The notes under the pieces are model-generated. The model did not search any database, had not been told where the DNA came from, and saw nothing but the letters and a program-made list of their open reading frames with translations. 64,000 bases of DNA from NCBI GenBank assembly GCA_965218785.1, contig OZ244650.1, forward strand, positions 256,001 through 320,000, written 5' to 3'. The first letter of the stretch is position 1. Each line of letters opens with the position of its first letter. The stretch comes from Nitrosopumilus sp. Lineage in GTDB: Archaea; Thermoproteota; Nitrososphaeria; Nitrososphaerales; Nitrosopumilaceae. A program made the translations under genes and the position numbers. This document shows, piece after piece, positions 1 through 10,282 of this stretch.

Positions 1-1
1 A

Positions 2-742
2 ACTGTAGTCGGCTCATCACTCATCAGATGGAATATCGGCGAGGTACAGTGGCTTGAGGCAAGCTATCCAGCTAGCGGAACAGGTGTTGTAAGAATAATT
101 GACCCAGATCTAAACTTGAATCCAGAAGCAGTCGACAACTTTAGCGTCGATGTGTGGTCTGACTCCGATGCGGGAGGTATTGACCTTACTGTAACTGAGA
201 CTAATGAGGCAACCGGAATCTTCGAAGGTACTGTAAACTTTACAGTTACCGACGAATCAACCGGTCACAGACTCAGAGTCGCAGAAGGTGACACAGTCAC
301 CGCAGAATACGAGGACAATACACTACCTGATCCATACTCAACTGCAGATGACCTTAATATTACTGCCACTTCACTAATCGGTACTGTCGTACCACCTCTC
401 GAGCGAGTCATAATGAATAACTTGAGAACGCTTAACGCATTTGGCAACAGCGTAGATTCTATTGCTGTTGATCAACAGGTGCAGATAAGTATCGATTTGT
501 CAAACGGTCAGGATAGAGAGCAACCATTTGCATACTTGGTACAGGTTCAGGACGCTAACGGTGTTACAGTCTCACTATCATGGACTGCAGGTACATTAGG
601 CGAAGGTCAATCATTTAGCCAGTCGGTATCATGGACTCCTCTTCAAAGTGGTAGCTACACAGCAACCGCATTTGCATGGGAAGCACTTGATAGTCCAACT
701 GCGCTAGCACCTCCAGTAAGTACAACAATAGACGTAAGCTAA
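2..742 (+). CDS. slaA: Main S-layer protein, 3' part (5' truncated by window edge)
   Basis: Frame is open from base 2 (TVVGSSLIRWNIGEVQWLEASYP...). Motifs DSDAGGIDLTVTET, EYEDNTLP and the C-terminal QPFAYLVQVQD..G...W domain are typical of thaumarchaeal S-layer proteins. T-rich terminator follows. Confidence 0.85.
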   Translation, partial: TVVGSSLIRWNIGEVQWLEASYPASGTGVVRIIDPDLNLNPEAVDNFSVDVWSDSDAGGIDLTVTETNEATGIFEGTVNFTVTDESTGHRLRVAEGDTVTAEYEDNTLPDPYSTADDLNITATSLIGTVVPPLERVIMNNLRTLNAFGNSVDSIAVDQQVQISIDLSNGQDREQPFAYLVQVQDANGVTVSLSWTAGTLGEGQSFSQSVSWTPLQSGSYTATAFAWEALDSPTALAPPVSTTIDVS

Positions 743-755
743 AACTAGTTCAAAT

Positions 756-774
756 TTCCCTTTTTTCTTTTTTT
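756..774 (+). terminator. Oligo-T archaeal terminator after slaA
   Basis: ttcccttttttcttttttt immediately after the stop codon. Confidence 0.6.
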
Positions 775-846
775 GAATCATACTTAACGGTAGTTATGCA
801 CGTTTTTTCCAGAAAATAATATCTAGTAGAAGATTAACGATTAATT

Positions 847-1827
847 ATGAAATCCATAATTTTATTCTCGATTTTGCCGTTGTTGTTGCTGTTATCCCTC
901 CTCTCCCCAGCCCAGGACTCCTTTGCAGAACTCGAACTCTCCACAAACAGCAAGGTCTACTCCCCGGATCATACCTTGCAGGTATATGGAACCGGCCTGC
1001 CAGGCGAGCATCTGATACTGAGGCTGTTTGCACCAGATGAATCAATCACAAAGTTTGAGCAGATACAGACCGAACCTGATGGAACCTTCAACCACCAGCT
1101 GCTAACCTGGCCCGAACCCTCCTCACAGACGCCTTTTGGAACCTATGTTGTCGAGGCCCTAAGTACTGAACAAAACGGACTATCAAAAAAAATAAATGTC
1201 CAATTCTCACTAACAACGGAGCTGGTATCTGTTTCAGTGGGGAGACACATTGACACCGTTGTCTTTGCGCCAGAATCAGGTGCGATAAACCAGTCGTTTC
1301 GTGTATTTGTTCAGACCACCCGTGACGGACTAAGCATTGGAAACAGCCCGGCAAAATTACTTGGAAATTCCCAGGTGTACCTGCCTGACGGGACATCCGT
1401 ACCGCTGAAAAACTCATTTAAGACGTTATATTCGGGTGTTTACTATCTTGACTTTACTCCAAAACAACAGGGAACCCACGTCTTTCAGATATCAGTATTC
1501 AGCGAGGGAATAACATCAAAGGGATTTGCTGCAACACACGTGCTAAGCCAGAATCTTGGCGGAATCAACGAACAGATAACCAAACTGAATTTAGTTTTAG
1601 ATGAGACTTCAAATGAGCTAAACATCCTAAAGTCTGAGATCGAGGGATTTGACGTCACGCTTGAACGCGCAAGCGTTCAAATCGAGGAGAACGTTGGTGC
1701 CCTCACACATTCGGTGAGGTTCATCAGTGAGGCATCCTCCCAGCTCAACGCGTTGTTACTGCCAATTATTGCATCAATCGGGCTTATTGTGGCATTGCAG
1801 ATTACAATCCTTGCACGAAGAAGATAG
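847..1827 (+). CDS. Secreted, membrane-anchored protein with coiled coil (SlaB-like S-layer stalk candidate)
   Basis: Signal peptide, beta-rich domains, heptad region (INEQITKLNLVLDETSNELNILKSEIE), C-terminal TM helix ending in ARRR; directly downstream of slaA. Confidence 0.7.
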   Translation: MKSIILFSILPLLLLLSLLSPAQDSFAELELSTNSKVYSPDHTLQVYGTGLPGEHLILRLFAPDESITKFEQIQTEPDGTFNHQLLTWPEPSSQTPFGTYVVEALSTEQNGLSKKINVQFSLTTELVSVSVGRHIDTVVFAPESGAINQSFRVFVQTTRDGLSIGNSPAKLLGNSQVYLPDGTSVPLKNSFKTLYSGVYYLDFTPKQQGTHVFQISVFSEGITSKGFAATHVLSQNLGGINEQITKLNLVLDETSNELNILKSEIEGFDVTLERASVQIEENVGALTHSVRFISEASSQLNALLLPIIASIGLIVALQITILARRR

Positions 1828-1858
1828 TTATAATAATGCTGTAAAAGAAAATTTAGTG

Positions 1859-4800
1859 ATGCCAAAAAAAGTGGCGATTCTCTTTTTCATGTTTCTTTTA
1901 GCTGTCACACTGACAAATTCCTATGCACAGCAGCAGCAGCAACTACAGCTTCCAGAAGACATCACTTTGGAGACGGCAGGCAGCAGCATCCCAAAACAGA
2001 TCGAGTTTGCCTCTGATATAATCAAAGTTGACCCGGACTTTTTCTCTGAGAACAGCTTTAAGCGATATCTGGTCTTTGGTACGGCCACTCAAAACGCCGG
2101 CCTGCCAGATGACAGATCCCTGTATGGTGTCAACTCTGATGGCGGATTTTTTTATGTGGCCGTACTTTCAGAGGGCGGTGCATCAGCTCTGGTCTCTGAG
2201 GGTTACAACGTAATTGAGGATTTCCGGCTGGATTTTCATTCTGCTGCAGGTGATCCCAGTGATGCGTCTCGAATTGCCCAGATAACACGCTCAGATACCG
2301 CACGGGAAAATTACGGCGTGACAGGAAACGGCACGAGGATTGCAATTGTAGATACGGGCGTTGATTTTTCCAATCCCGATATTCAGCACTCCCTTGCCCG
2401 GGATGAAAAAAACCACCCGGTGATGCTTGATCCCGACGGTCAGGGAATCATCCTGACAAACGCGACCTTTTTTGCATTTATTGATGAAAATGAAATCATC
2501 AAAAACTACAGCAAGCCCACCCCGCCTGATATGACCTCACTGGTGTATGTGACAGAGCAGGGGGTTTTTCTTGACGTATCCCAGGGCGGAAAAGGCAGCA
2601 AAATTCCAATTTACAATTCCTTTTTTCCACTGCTGGGCTCTTCTGTAATATTTGATGGGATTCTAGATCACGACATGAAGATCGGCGATAACAACAGGGA
2701 TTACATCAAATCAAAGAGCGGTGTATACCACCTTGGCGTAATTTATCAGGGTGCCACACAGGGGGCACTGGCACAGATACAGGCAGTACCGGTGCTAGTT
2801 GTTGATTCGTTTACTTCGGGGGTTTATGATACCATAATTCCGGATCTTAGCACATCGTGGGAGGATTACACCAGGTTTGATCTAAAGCCGGGTCAGGAAC
2901 CGGAATATGATTTTGACTTTACCGATGAAAAGCCGATTGTGCTGGGAAGCGGAAAGGAGTTTCTTGTGTATGACTCTAATAATGACGGAAAAAACGATTA
3001 CAGTGCCGGAACCTTTGGCGCGCAGGTCCTGGACGTTTACGGGGCAATACGGCAGAACAGGACTGCACACATTGACGGCTCGATACAGGCAGTAAACGGC
3101 ACCCTGCTTCCTGCACTGGATCCGGACGGTGAATTCTTCGGCCTGATGACGGATTTTGCAGGACACGGCACTGCTAGTGCCGCATCCATTGTCTCACGCG
3201 GACATGAAATTTATGACATCTATAACAACACCGGAAGACACACCATTACCGGCGTGGCACCTGATGCAAAGATAGTTCCCGTAAAGGCGTTATGGTTTGG
3301 TGATACCGTTTACGGGTGGCTGTGGTCTGCCGGATTTGACAACGAGGAGCACGACTGGGAGTTTAGCGGAGAGACCAGGGTTGATGTAATCTCCAACAGC
3401 TGGGGCGTGTCCACCTTTCCCACGTTTAATGCGTCTCCTGGCATGGATATTCTCTCGTTGATTCTCAGCGTGCTTGTAACACCGCACTCCCTTGATGATG
3501 ACTATCCCGGAATAACCATGGTCTCTAGTGCGGGAAATTCCGGGCATGGTTATGGGACGATGGGACTGCCAAACGCATCCCCCTATGGAATCTCAGTTGG
3601 TGCCACCACCAATAACGTGTTTGTAGGGTATGGTCCGTTCAAAGAACAGCCAAGATTTGGAAATACCACGTCACATTACAACCACGTAGTTGATTTTTCC
3701 AGCAGGGGTCCTAGTTCCATCGGGGATCCAAAACCCGATTTGATGGGTATTGGGGCGCATGGATTCACACCATCAAACGTCCTCAAAGTGAAGAAGGATT
3801 CAAAAGACGAGTCTTTTTCCCTGTTTGGGGGGACTAGCATGGCAGCGCCGATAGTAGCCGGCAGCATCGCAGTATTGATGGAGGGAATGAAGAAACAATC
3901 ACAGGATACAGACCCGTTTACAATCAAAAATATTCTAATGTCTACTGCGACTGATCTGAAAAATGATCCGTTCACACAGGGTGCCGGTCTAGTTGATGTC
4001 TCCTCGGCACTAGACTACGTGGCGGGAAAAAACGGCTCTTTTATCGTGCATAATGACGCATCATACCGGAACATCAAGAAGGTTTTAGAGCCTGCAATAG
4101 AGTCGGTAAATTCAACTGCGATCGGACTTGGACAGTTTGGGCTGCCTTCAAAGCCGCTTCCCATGACTAGCTGGTTTGCAGGACAGCTGCTGCCCGGAGA
4201 GCGCAGTGCTGCGACATTTACCATTGTTAATCCGTCTGAAAAAGAGATCACAGTGGATATAATCCCAAAAAAGGTGTCTTTGATTACAAAGACTGAGTTT
4301 AACGGCAAGACAACCGTACGCCAGCAGGACCCGCTGATTGAAAAGCCCCATGCGTATTCCCCCAACTATATCAAGCTCTCAGATGTGCGGCAGCCTGCCA
4401 CTTTAAATGAATTCTTTGATGAGGAGCAGCCAATTCCAGATGATGCGTCGCTGATGGTGCTGAATGTGAATTTTGCATTTGACGTATTTATGAACGAGAC
4501 TTCGGATGTTTATGCCGATGATATTAAAATCTCCTCCCTGTATCTTTATGACTGGATTGACGGCAACAACGATACAAAGATTGCCAGTGACGAGCTCTCC
4601 ATGATAAACAGGGCCGGATCCTGGGGGACTGTTCAGGAACTCAGGGTCACTGATCCGCACGAAAAATTCGAGGGAACACCGCTAGTTGGGGTGTATCCGG
4701 TTCCAACAAGACATTCGTACTGGCTCGGTGATACGAAAATGAACTCTACTTCCATGGATTATACATTGTCTGCAAGTTATTATCACAAGGAAAGATGGCC

Positions 4801-5767
4801 TGTCATCTGGACTGAATCTGGCAGGGTTACCGTGCCGCCAAACGGGGTGAGTGCTGTTGATGTGACGTTGGTTGCGCCCACAGGACTGCAAACGGGAGTA
4901 TACCAGGGATTTCTGAGTTTTGAGGGGGAGCAGCATACCGTAAATGCCCCGGTCTCTTTTGTGATAAAGCAGCTAGTGGATCAGAATGATTCGACTGTAA
5001 TTGTTAAGGGAGTACAAAGTGATGATGTTATGTATGGGAATGGATACATCAAGGGCGCATTTGATATGGTCAATCGGTATATGGCAGGGGATTGGAGGCA
5101 GTATTATTTTGACATACGGGACGAATCAGTCAGTTCTGCAACCATTGAACTTTCATGGCTGACTGATGATACCAACCTGGCAGTCTTTGTAATGGATCCG
5201 TCCGGACAGATTATCCAGACAAACGTCCCATCCGGGGTGTTTGGTCATTTTCTGGGATGGGCCTCACTTGACTGGCTGGGCAATTCAGTCTTTGGGCAGG
5301 GAGGAGGATTCTTTCCCGTAAAGAACAAGGATGATACCTCAACTGCTATTTATGTTCCAATCAATCAGACTGGAACATATACTCTTTTGACGCATTCAAC
5401 ATTGTTTGGGGGAAACTCCACGACAGAGCCAGTCACACTTGCCGCCAAATTTAGCAATATCTTATCTGATGGTGATGTTGTTGTTCCGGATTCAAATGAT
5501 CATGCCTTAAAAGACGGCAGTGATGCCGTCTCTGAGACAGAGACGATTCCAGGGGATTCCGTTGAGGATGTCAATTCTGATCTGTCATTTGATGCCGGAA
5601 TTGTTCTTGGAGTAGTTATTGGGATGGCGGTGGTGATCGGGGTTGTTTTCATATTCATTCTTAGACAGAAACAGACATCTAAAGAATCTACTATCCAAAA
5701 AGTAGTTCACTCCAGAGGGAGTCTTGCTTATAATAAAGAGAATCAAGCAAGATTACTTGGAAATTGA
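1859..5767 (+). CDS. Membrane-anchored S8 (subtilisin-like) serine protease
   Basis: Catalytic motifs IVDTG, GHGT, GGTSMA and oxyanion AGNSG; signal peptide from MPKKVAIL (ATG 1859); C-terminal TM helix. Confidence 0.92.
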   Translation: MPKKVAILFFMFLLAVTLTNSYAQQQQQLQLPEDITLETAGSSIPKQIEFASDIIKVDPDFFSENSFKRYLVFGTATQNAGLPDDRSLYGVNSDGGFFYVAVLSEGGASALVSEGYNVIEDFRLDFHSAAGDPSDASRIAQITRSDTARENYGVTGNGTRIAIVDTGVDFSNPDIQHSLARDEKNHPVMLDPDGQGIILTNATFFAFIDENEIIKNYSKPTPPDMTSLVYVTEQGVFLDVSQGGKGSKIPIYNSFFPLLGSSVIFDGILDHDMKIGDNNRDYIKSKSGVYHLGVIYQGATQGALAQIQAVPVLVVDSFTSGVYDTIIPDLSTSWEDYTRFDLKPGQEPEYDFDFTDEKPIVLGSGKEFLVYDSNNDGKNDYSAGTFGAQVLDVYGAIRQNRTAHIDGSIQAVNGTLLPALDPDGEFFGLMTDFAGHGTASAASIVSRGHEIYDIYNNTGRHTITGVAPDAKIVPVKALWFGDTVYGWLWSAGFDNEEHDWEFSGETRVDVISNSWGVSTFPTFNASPGMDILSLILSVLVTPHSLDDDYPGITMVSSAGNSGHGYGTMGLPNASPYGISVGATTNNVFVGYGPFKEQPRFGNTTSHYNHVVDFSSRGPSSIGDPKPDLMGIGAHGFTPSNVLKVKKDSKDESFSLFGGTSMAAPIVAGSIAVLMEGMKKQSQDTDPFTIKNILMSTATDLKNDPFTQGAGLVDVSSALDYVAGKNGSFIVHNDASYRNIKKVLEPAIESVNSTAIGLGQFGLPSKPLPMTSWFAGQLLPGERSAATFTIVNPSEKEITVDIIPKKVSLITKTEFNGKTTVRQQDPLIEKPHAYSPNYIKLSDVRQPATLNEFFDEEQPIPDDASLMVLNVNFAFDVFMNETSDVYADDIKISSLYLYDWIDGNNDTKIASDELSMINRAGSWGTVQELRVTDPHEKFEGTPLVGVYPVPTRHSYWLGDTKMNSTSMDYTLSASYYHKERWPVIWTESGRVTVPPNGVSAVDVTLVAPTGLQTGVYQGFLSFEGEQHTVNAPVSFVIKQLVDQNDSTVIVKGVQSDDVMYGNGYIKGAFDMVNRYMAGDWRQYYFDIRDESVSSATIELSWLTDDTNLAVFVMDPSGQIIQTNVPSGVFGHFLGWASLDWLGNSVFGQGGGFFPVKNKDDTSTAIYVPINQTGTYTLLTHSTLFGGNSTTEPVTLAAKFSNILSDGDVVVPDSNDHALKDGSDAVSETETIPGDSVEDVNSDLSFDAGIVLGVVIGMAVVIGVVFIFILRQKQTSKESTIQKVVHSRGSLAYNKENQARLLGN

Positions 5768-6394
5768 GGTAGGAATCAAAAGTTTCTCAAATTCCCAAAT
5801 TGGACAATTAGTATCACATTCCTGACCGCATACAGCCATCATTTTTACTTCATCTTTGAGATTGTTTACTGGAATGGACATGATGTTATCAGTTATTTCA
5901 TATTTTGTCATTCCTTTGGATGAGAGATTCTTTTGTTCCAAATATCGTTTTAGACATTTCTTTGGTAAAGAATCAACAGAATGACGAGAAGGTTCGTTGC
6001 TTATAGTTTGAGGATATTTCATGATTGTAACTTTATCTTTAATAAAAATCCAACCAGCTATTGGAGTAGGCAATTTTCGTGGTTTAAAATCAGTGGCAAT
6101 ATATGCAAAATCTACATAATCTTTGATATTTGAAATTTGTTTTTTTGCTCTTTTCAAATTATCATGAGACGATTTCACTTCAACGATTCCCACTTTATTT
6201 TCTTTAATTAATAACAAATCAATATCAGAAATAATATTGCCCCATGAAATATTCAGTCGTGCATGAGGAACAGCTTGAAAGCCTTGATTTTGAAAAAAAA
6301 GTGCTAATTTTTCTATAATTGGGGCTTCATACTTGCCGATTTTTTTACTTGATTTTAAGATATTTCGTTTTATCACGCTGTGAATTTCTCCCAA
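5753..6394 (-). CDS. PD-(D/E)XK nuclease-like protein (Sce7726/MmcB-like)
   Basis: SDIDLL...VEVKS..DNLKRAKKQI..YVDFAYI motif; C-terminal CGQECDTNC; AT-rich; TTG start. Confidence 0.6.
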   Translation of the reverse strand: MGEIHSVIKRNILKSSKKIGKYEAPIIEKLALFFQNQGFQAVPHARLNISWGNIISDIDLLLIKENKVGIVEVKSSHDNLKRAKKQISNIKDYVDFAYIATDFKPRKLPTPIAGWIFIKDKVTIMKYPQTISNEPSRHSVDSLPKKCLKRYLEQKNLSSKGMTKYEITDNIMSIPVNNLKDEVKMMAVCGQECDTNCPIWEFEKLLIPTSISK

Positions 6395-6663
6395 TTTTCA
6401 ATTATTTCTTGAGTTAAAGACTTGGATGATTTTCTATCTGACTTTCCTGTAAGTAAAATTGCACAATCAAAGCGTACAGAAATATTTCTTTTATCTTCAG
6501 TAAGGGGAATAAAGTACTCATTTTCTTATCTTTTACTTCAAAATATGTTTCAGGTGTTGGGATTACGGCGTATTTTACGTCTCATTTCCAATACCCGTAA
6601 AACTTTACACTAAAACAATAATATTTTACTAATTAAATGATAACTATACGAGTGAGCTAAATT

Positions 6664-7956
6664 ATGCAATATGATCTTAATAGAATATATGTTGAAAATT
6701 TTAAAAGTTTAAAAAATTTTGATATTGAATTTAATAAATTTAATGTTCTAATTGGATCTAATGGTTCAGGTAAAACAAACGTACTTGAATTATTTAAATT
6801 AATTAATTCCTGTATTAATCCTACACAAACTCCTGCTTATCCTTTTGCGCATTGGTGGGGATTTAATAATTTAGTATGGTCAGGTGATGAGCAATTACCA
6901 ATTTTATTCCGTATTGATTATAAAATAGATGAACAAAATATTAGTTATGAGACATTAATATCCGGTTTGCATGGAAAGTTATCATTTGTTGAGGAAAAGC
7001 TTTTCATTAAAGATTATGTCTCACTAAAGCGTGACTATGAGAATGTTGTGTACAAATTTGCATCTAGCTTTATAACTAAAAATCAATCAACAATAAAGGA
7101 AATTGTTTCTAGGTATCATGGTGATCTTAAATCTTATGAGAGTTTTACCTTAGATGCACCTAATGATACATCTATTTTAAAATCGATTAAAAATTGGTCT
7201 GCAGAACGTATTTTTCATTCAGAATTAACTACTATTATCCTTCCGCGTTTAATTGATGATAAATATGACCCCATTATATTTTTCTCCCCCATAATTCATT
7301 CTTCTGATAAACGTATGAAACCATTATACACTGCCGCCGTTGATTTTCTTACTGAGGGTAGTCGTATTATTTTACTTGGACAAATAAATTATAGTATATT
7401 ACGTCAACCCACACCTACAAATCAATCACGTGAATTACAAGAAGATGGTAGTGGATTAATTAATCTTTTATTTCATTGGTATATCAAAAATAAAAAATTA
7501 CCTGAGCGTTTTGAACTAGCACTTGAACAATTATTTCCTAAATGGCAGATCACTTTTACTGTGACTGATGATGGTAGAATTTTACTTAGAGTTCTAGATG
7601 GTAATATGACATTATCTCCGCCTTCCATTCCAGATGGTTTCTACAAATTATTTGTAATACTGGCAGCTATTGAATTAAATCCCAGAATATTACTAATTGA
7701 CGAAATGGAAACATCATTACATGCTGAAATTATTGAATTTATTGTAGATTCTCTCAAAACATGTGATGCAAATGTAATTGTCACTACTCACTCACCTACG
7801 GTTATAGATATTATTGATTTGGAAGATATTATCATACTTGAAAAAGATGGATATGAAACGACATCTCGCAGACTCGATAATGTAGACGAATTAAAACATA
7901 AATTAACAGAAAAAGACATTACAGTTAGTGACACATGGTTATATGGTGAATTATGA
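6664..7956 (+). CDS. ABC-type ATPase (AAA_21/AAA_15-like, often defence-associated)
   Basis: ENFKS, Walker A GSNGSGKT, signature-like SIPDG, Walker B LLIDEMETSLH, H-loop TTHSP, C-terminal WLYGEL; AT-rich. Confidence 0.85.
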   Translation: MQYDLNRIYVENFKSLKNFDIEFNKFNVLIGSNGSGKTNVLELFKLINSCINPTQTPAYPFAHWWGFNNLVWSGDEQLPILFRIDYKIDEQNISYETLISGLHGKLSFVEEKLFIKDYVSLKRDYENVVYKFASSFITKNQSTIKEIVSRYHGDLKSYESFTLDAPNDTSILKSIKNWSAERIFHSELTTIILPRLIDDKYDPIIFFSPIIHSSDKRMKPLYTAAVDFLTEGSRIILLGQINYSILRQPTPTNQSRELQEDGSGLINLLFHWYIKNKKLPERFELALEQLFPKWQITFTVTDDGRILLRVLDGNMTLSPPSIPDGFYKLFVILAAIELNPRILLIDEMETSLHAEIIEFIVDSLKTCDANVIVTTHSPTVIDIIDLEDIIILEKDGYETTSRRLDNVDELKHKLTEKDITVSDTWLYGEL

Positions 7957-8062
7957 GATTTTATTTTATTGAGAGGATTATCATCAGGGATTGTTTGTCT
8001 GTGAAATGATAACCAGAACTTGTTTCATCTTTGGATAAAACAGGACAAATAATTGAACAAGG

Positions 8063-8070
8063 TTTATAAG
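8063..8070 (+). promoter_or_regulatory. TATA box of complex III operon
   Basis: TTTATAAG about 25 nt upstream of ATG 8095, consistent with a leaderless transcript. Confidence 0.5.
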
Positions 8071-8094
8071 CAATTTGGCGAATACGCAGCTTGA

Positions 8095-8700
8095 ATGTCA
8101 GAACTTGGGACAAAAAAGTCTGGCGGGTTATCCAGAAGAGACTTTTTAAAGTTGATAGGAGCCGCAGGCACGGGATTAGCATTTGCTCCATTTGTCCCGT
8201 TTGGTAATTTCATGCCAAATCCAAGCCAGGCATCCCTTGAAAGAGTTCCAGTAATCTTACCTGATAATACCCACGCTAATATGAACACTTTTCCAATCAA
8301 TCATGCCGAAGTGATTACATATCCATCTACTGGTGATGCCGCACTTGATGCAGAGGCGTTTCGTAAATGGCAGTTCATCAGACTGCCTGAAGAGCTGGGC
8401 GGTGCAAAAAACGACATAACATCTATTCGAGCTTACAGCATGATCTGCCTCCATCTTTGGTGTCTGTGGAAATACTGGCCCGATGATGGAAGAAAGAGAG
8501 GCGAATGTCCATGTCATGGCAGCATATATGATCCATTGACCGGAAAGGCATTTCAGGGACCCGCATCGGTGCAAGCCGCACCGTCAGACACGTTACCTAG
8601 ATTGGATTTGGACGTTGATTCAGAAGGATTTGTATTTATCCTGCCGCCGAAATTTAATACAAATGATAATGGAGTAATTGGATATGGCCGTTTCGCTTGA
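8095..8700 (+). CDS. petC: Rieske 2Fe-2S protein, complex III
   Basis: Tat signal SRRDFLK; CLHLWC and CPCHGS Rieske boxes. Confidence 0.95.
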   Translation: MSELGTKKSGGLSRRDFLKLIGAAGTGLAFAPFVPFGNFMPNPSQASLERVPVILPDNTHANMNTFPINHAEVITYPSTGDAALDAEAFRKWQFIRLPEELGGAKNDITSIRAYSMICLHLWCLWKYWPDDGRKRGECPCHGSIYDPLTGKAFQGPASVQAAPSDTLPRLDLDVDSEGFVFILPPKFNTNDNGVIGYGRFA

Positions 8701-10282
8701 AAGAAGAAGAACCGGACTGGTAGCATTCCTTTACTGGCTTTGGGATGGAGTAGACAGGACGATATTTACTGCAATCAAATTTTCATTCCCTGCAAGATTT
8801 GTTAGTCCGTTTGGATTCCTGGGAATGCTTACATTTGTTGTATTTATCATTCTTGGGGTCTCAGGTGCACTGCTCATGTTTTACTATCAGCCGATACTAG
8901 ATAGGGCGTGGGACAGCGTCCAATTCATCAATGACGACGTTCCATTTGGCTTTCACATAAGAAACATCCACTACCACGGTTCCAACGCAATGGTGCTTCT
9001 GGCAGTTCTTCACATGTATTACCAGTACTTTAGCGGAAGATACAAAATTAGAAACGAGGTTTTGTGGATGACGGGAGTCATTCTGGGAGTCGTTACAATT
9101 CTTGAGGCATTTACAGGATATGATGTTATATTTAGCGAAAGAGCGGAACTTGCAATCAGTATTGCCGCATCGCTTACCACGTCGATTCCCGTGGTCGGAC
9201 CGACGATTCGTGATGCGGCGCTTGGCAGCGGATTTTCAGACTTTGTATTGAGGTTCTATGCACAACATGTGTTCCTGCTGCCTATCGTGATGCTCGGATT
9301 GATGGCAGTTCACTTTCCAAGATTTCTGGTATTTGATGTGCCCATGGTTATGGCCATTTCAGGTGCCATTCTCATCACCGGAGGAGTATTCCCGATTGAC
9401 CTGGGCTTCAAGTTTGAACCAGACGTGGCGCCGGGTGTGACGGTTCCAGAATGGTATCTTACGGGAATTTATGCATTCATGCGGACCCAGTATGACAAGT
9501 TTGTAACAGGGCTGTTGTGGCCCCTGCTGTTTATTGCCTCGATTCTATTAATTCCGTTCATTGACAGATACAAAAAATTCTCATGGAGGGAAAGACCGAT
9601 AATTACCGCATTTGGCATTACAAGCCTTGCCCAGATTATGGTCACCACGTACTTGGGATTTTATATCTCGCCTGACACGTCGCTTTCACTAGTGGAGCGT
9701 CTGGTAATTGATCCGATATTCTTCTACTCTATAATGATTTTGATGGTACCGCTGGGATTCGGATTTACCTACATGATGATAAAACTTGCAAATGAGGCTG
9801 AAAGAAAATCAAAGCTTGCAAAAAGCACTGGTCCAAAACAGGTCGCAACAATCAAGCTCTCTGAAAAATGGATTAACTGGCTGTTAATTGCCCTGCTGGC
9901 ATTCCAGGTGTTCTTAAATATTGCAGCGTATAATGCGGCCCTGACTGGAATGAAGAATGTCTCGTTGTTCTTTGTCGGATTAATCCTGCTGGTATTTGCG
10001 GCATTCTTCCATCTTTACAGATATGCTCTAAGTGAGCAAAAGAATGCACCTCCACCACCACCACCACCATCATCTGTTTCTGCATCCGAAGAAAAACCAA
10101 AGCTGGCAGAACCTGCCGCATCTGCTGATTCAGGCAAACTTTCACAAGACGATGCCACACCAAAGGAGAAACCAAAAGAGTTGGCCCAGGTTATCCCACC
10201 AAAAACCCAGGCAGACCCTGGGTTTGGTGCAAATAACAATCCAAATGTCGGTGATAATGATCTTGAGAGGCTGGACAAATGA
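8684..10282 (+). CDS. petB: Cytochrome b/b6, complex III
   Basis: IRNIHYHGSN..LHM haem ligands, PEWY motif, many TM helices, Pro-rich tail; overlaps the Rieske stop. Confidence 0.95.
   Translation: MAVSLERRRTGLVAFLYWLWDGVDRTIFTAIKFSFPARFVSPFGFLGMLTFVVFIILGVSGALLMFYYQPILDRAWDSVQFINDDVPFGFHIRNIHYHGSNAMVLLAVLHMYYQYFSGRYKIRNEVLWMTGVILGVVTILEAFTGYDVIFSERAELAISIAASLTTSIPVVGPTIRDAALGSGFSDFVLRFYAQHVFLLPIVMLGLMAVHFPRFLVFDVPMVMAISGAILITGGVFPIDLGFKFEPDVAPGVTVPEWYLTGIYAFMRTQYDKFVTGLLWPLLFIASILLIPFIDRYKKFSWRERPIITAFGITSLAQIMVTTYLGFYISPDTSLSLVERLVIDPIFFYSIMILMVPLGFGFTYMMIKLANEAERKSKLAKSTGPKQVATIKLSEKWINWLLIALLAFQVFLNIAAYNAALTGMKNVSLFFVGLILLVFAAFFHLYRYALSEQKNAPPPPPPPSSVSASEEKPKLAEPAASADSGKLSQDDATPKEKPKELAQVIPPKTQADPGFGANNNPNVGDNDLERLDK

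Noticed and set aside
1928-1942. CAG repeat (poly-Gln) in the S8 protease as a phase-variation tract
   Set aside because: Only about five codons, and triplet slippage keeps the frame.
6395-6663. Small ORF (6422-6613) or decayed gene between the nuclease and the ATPase
   Set aside because: No recognisable motif; minus-strand frames are interrupted by stops. A remnant is possible but not supportable.
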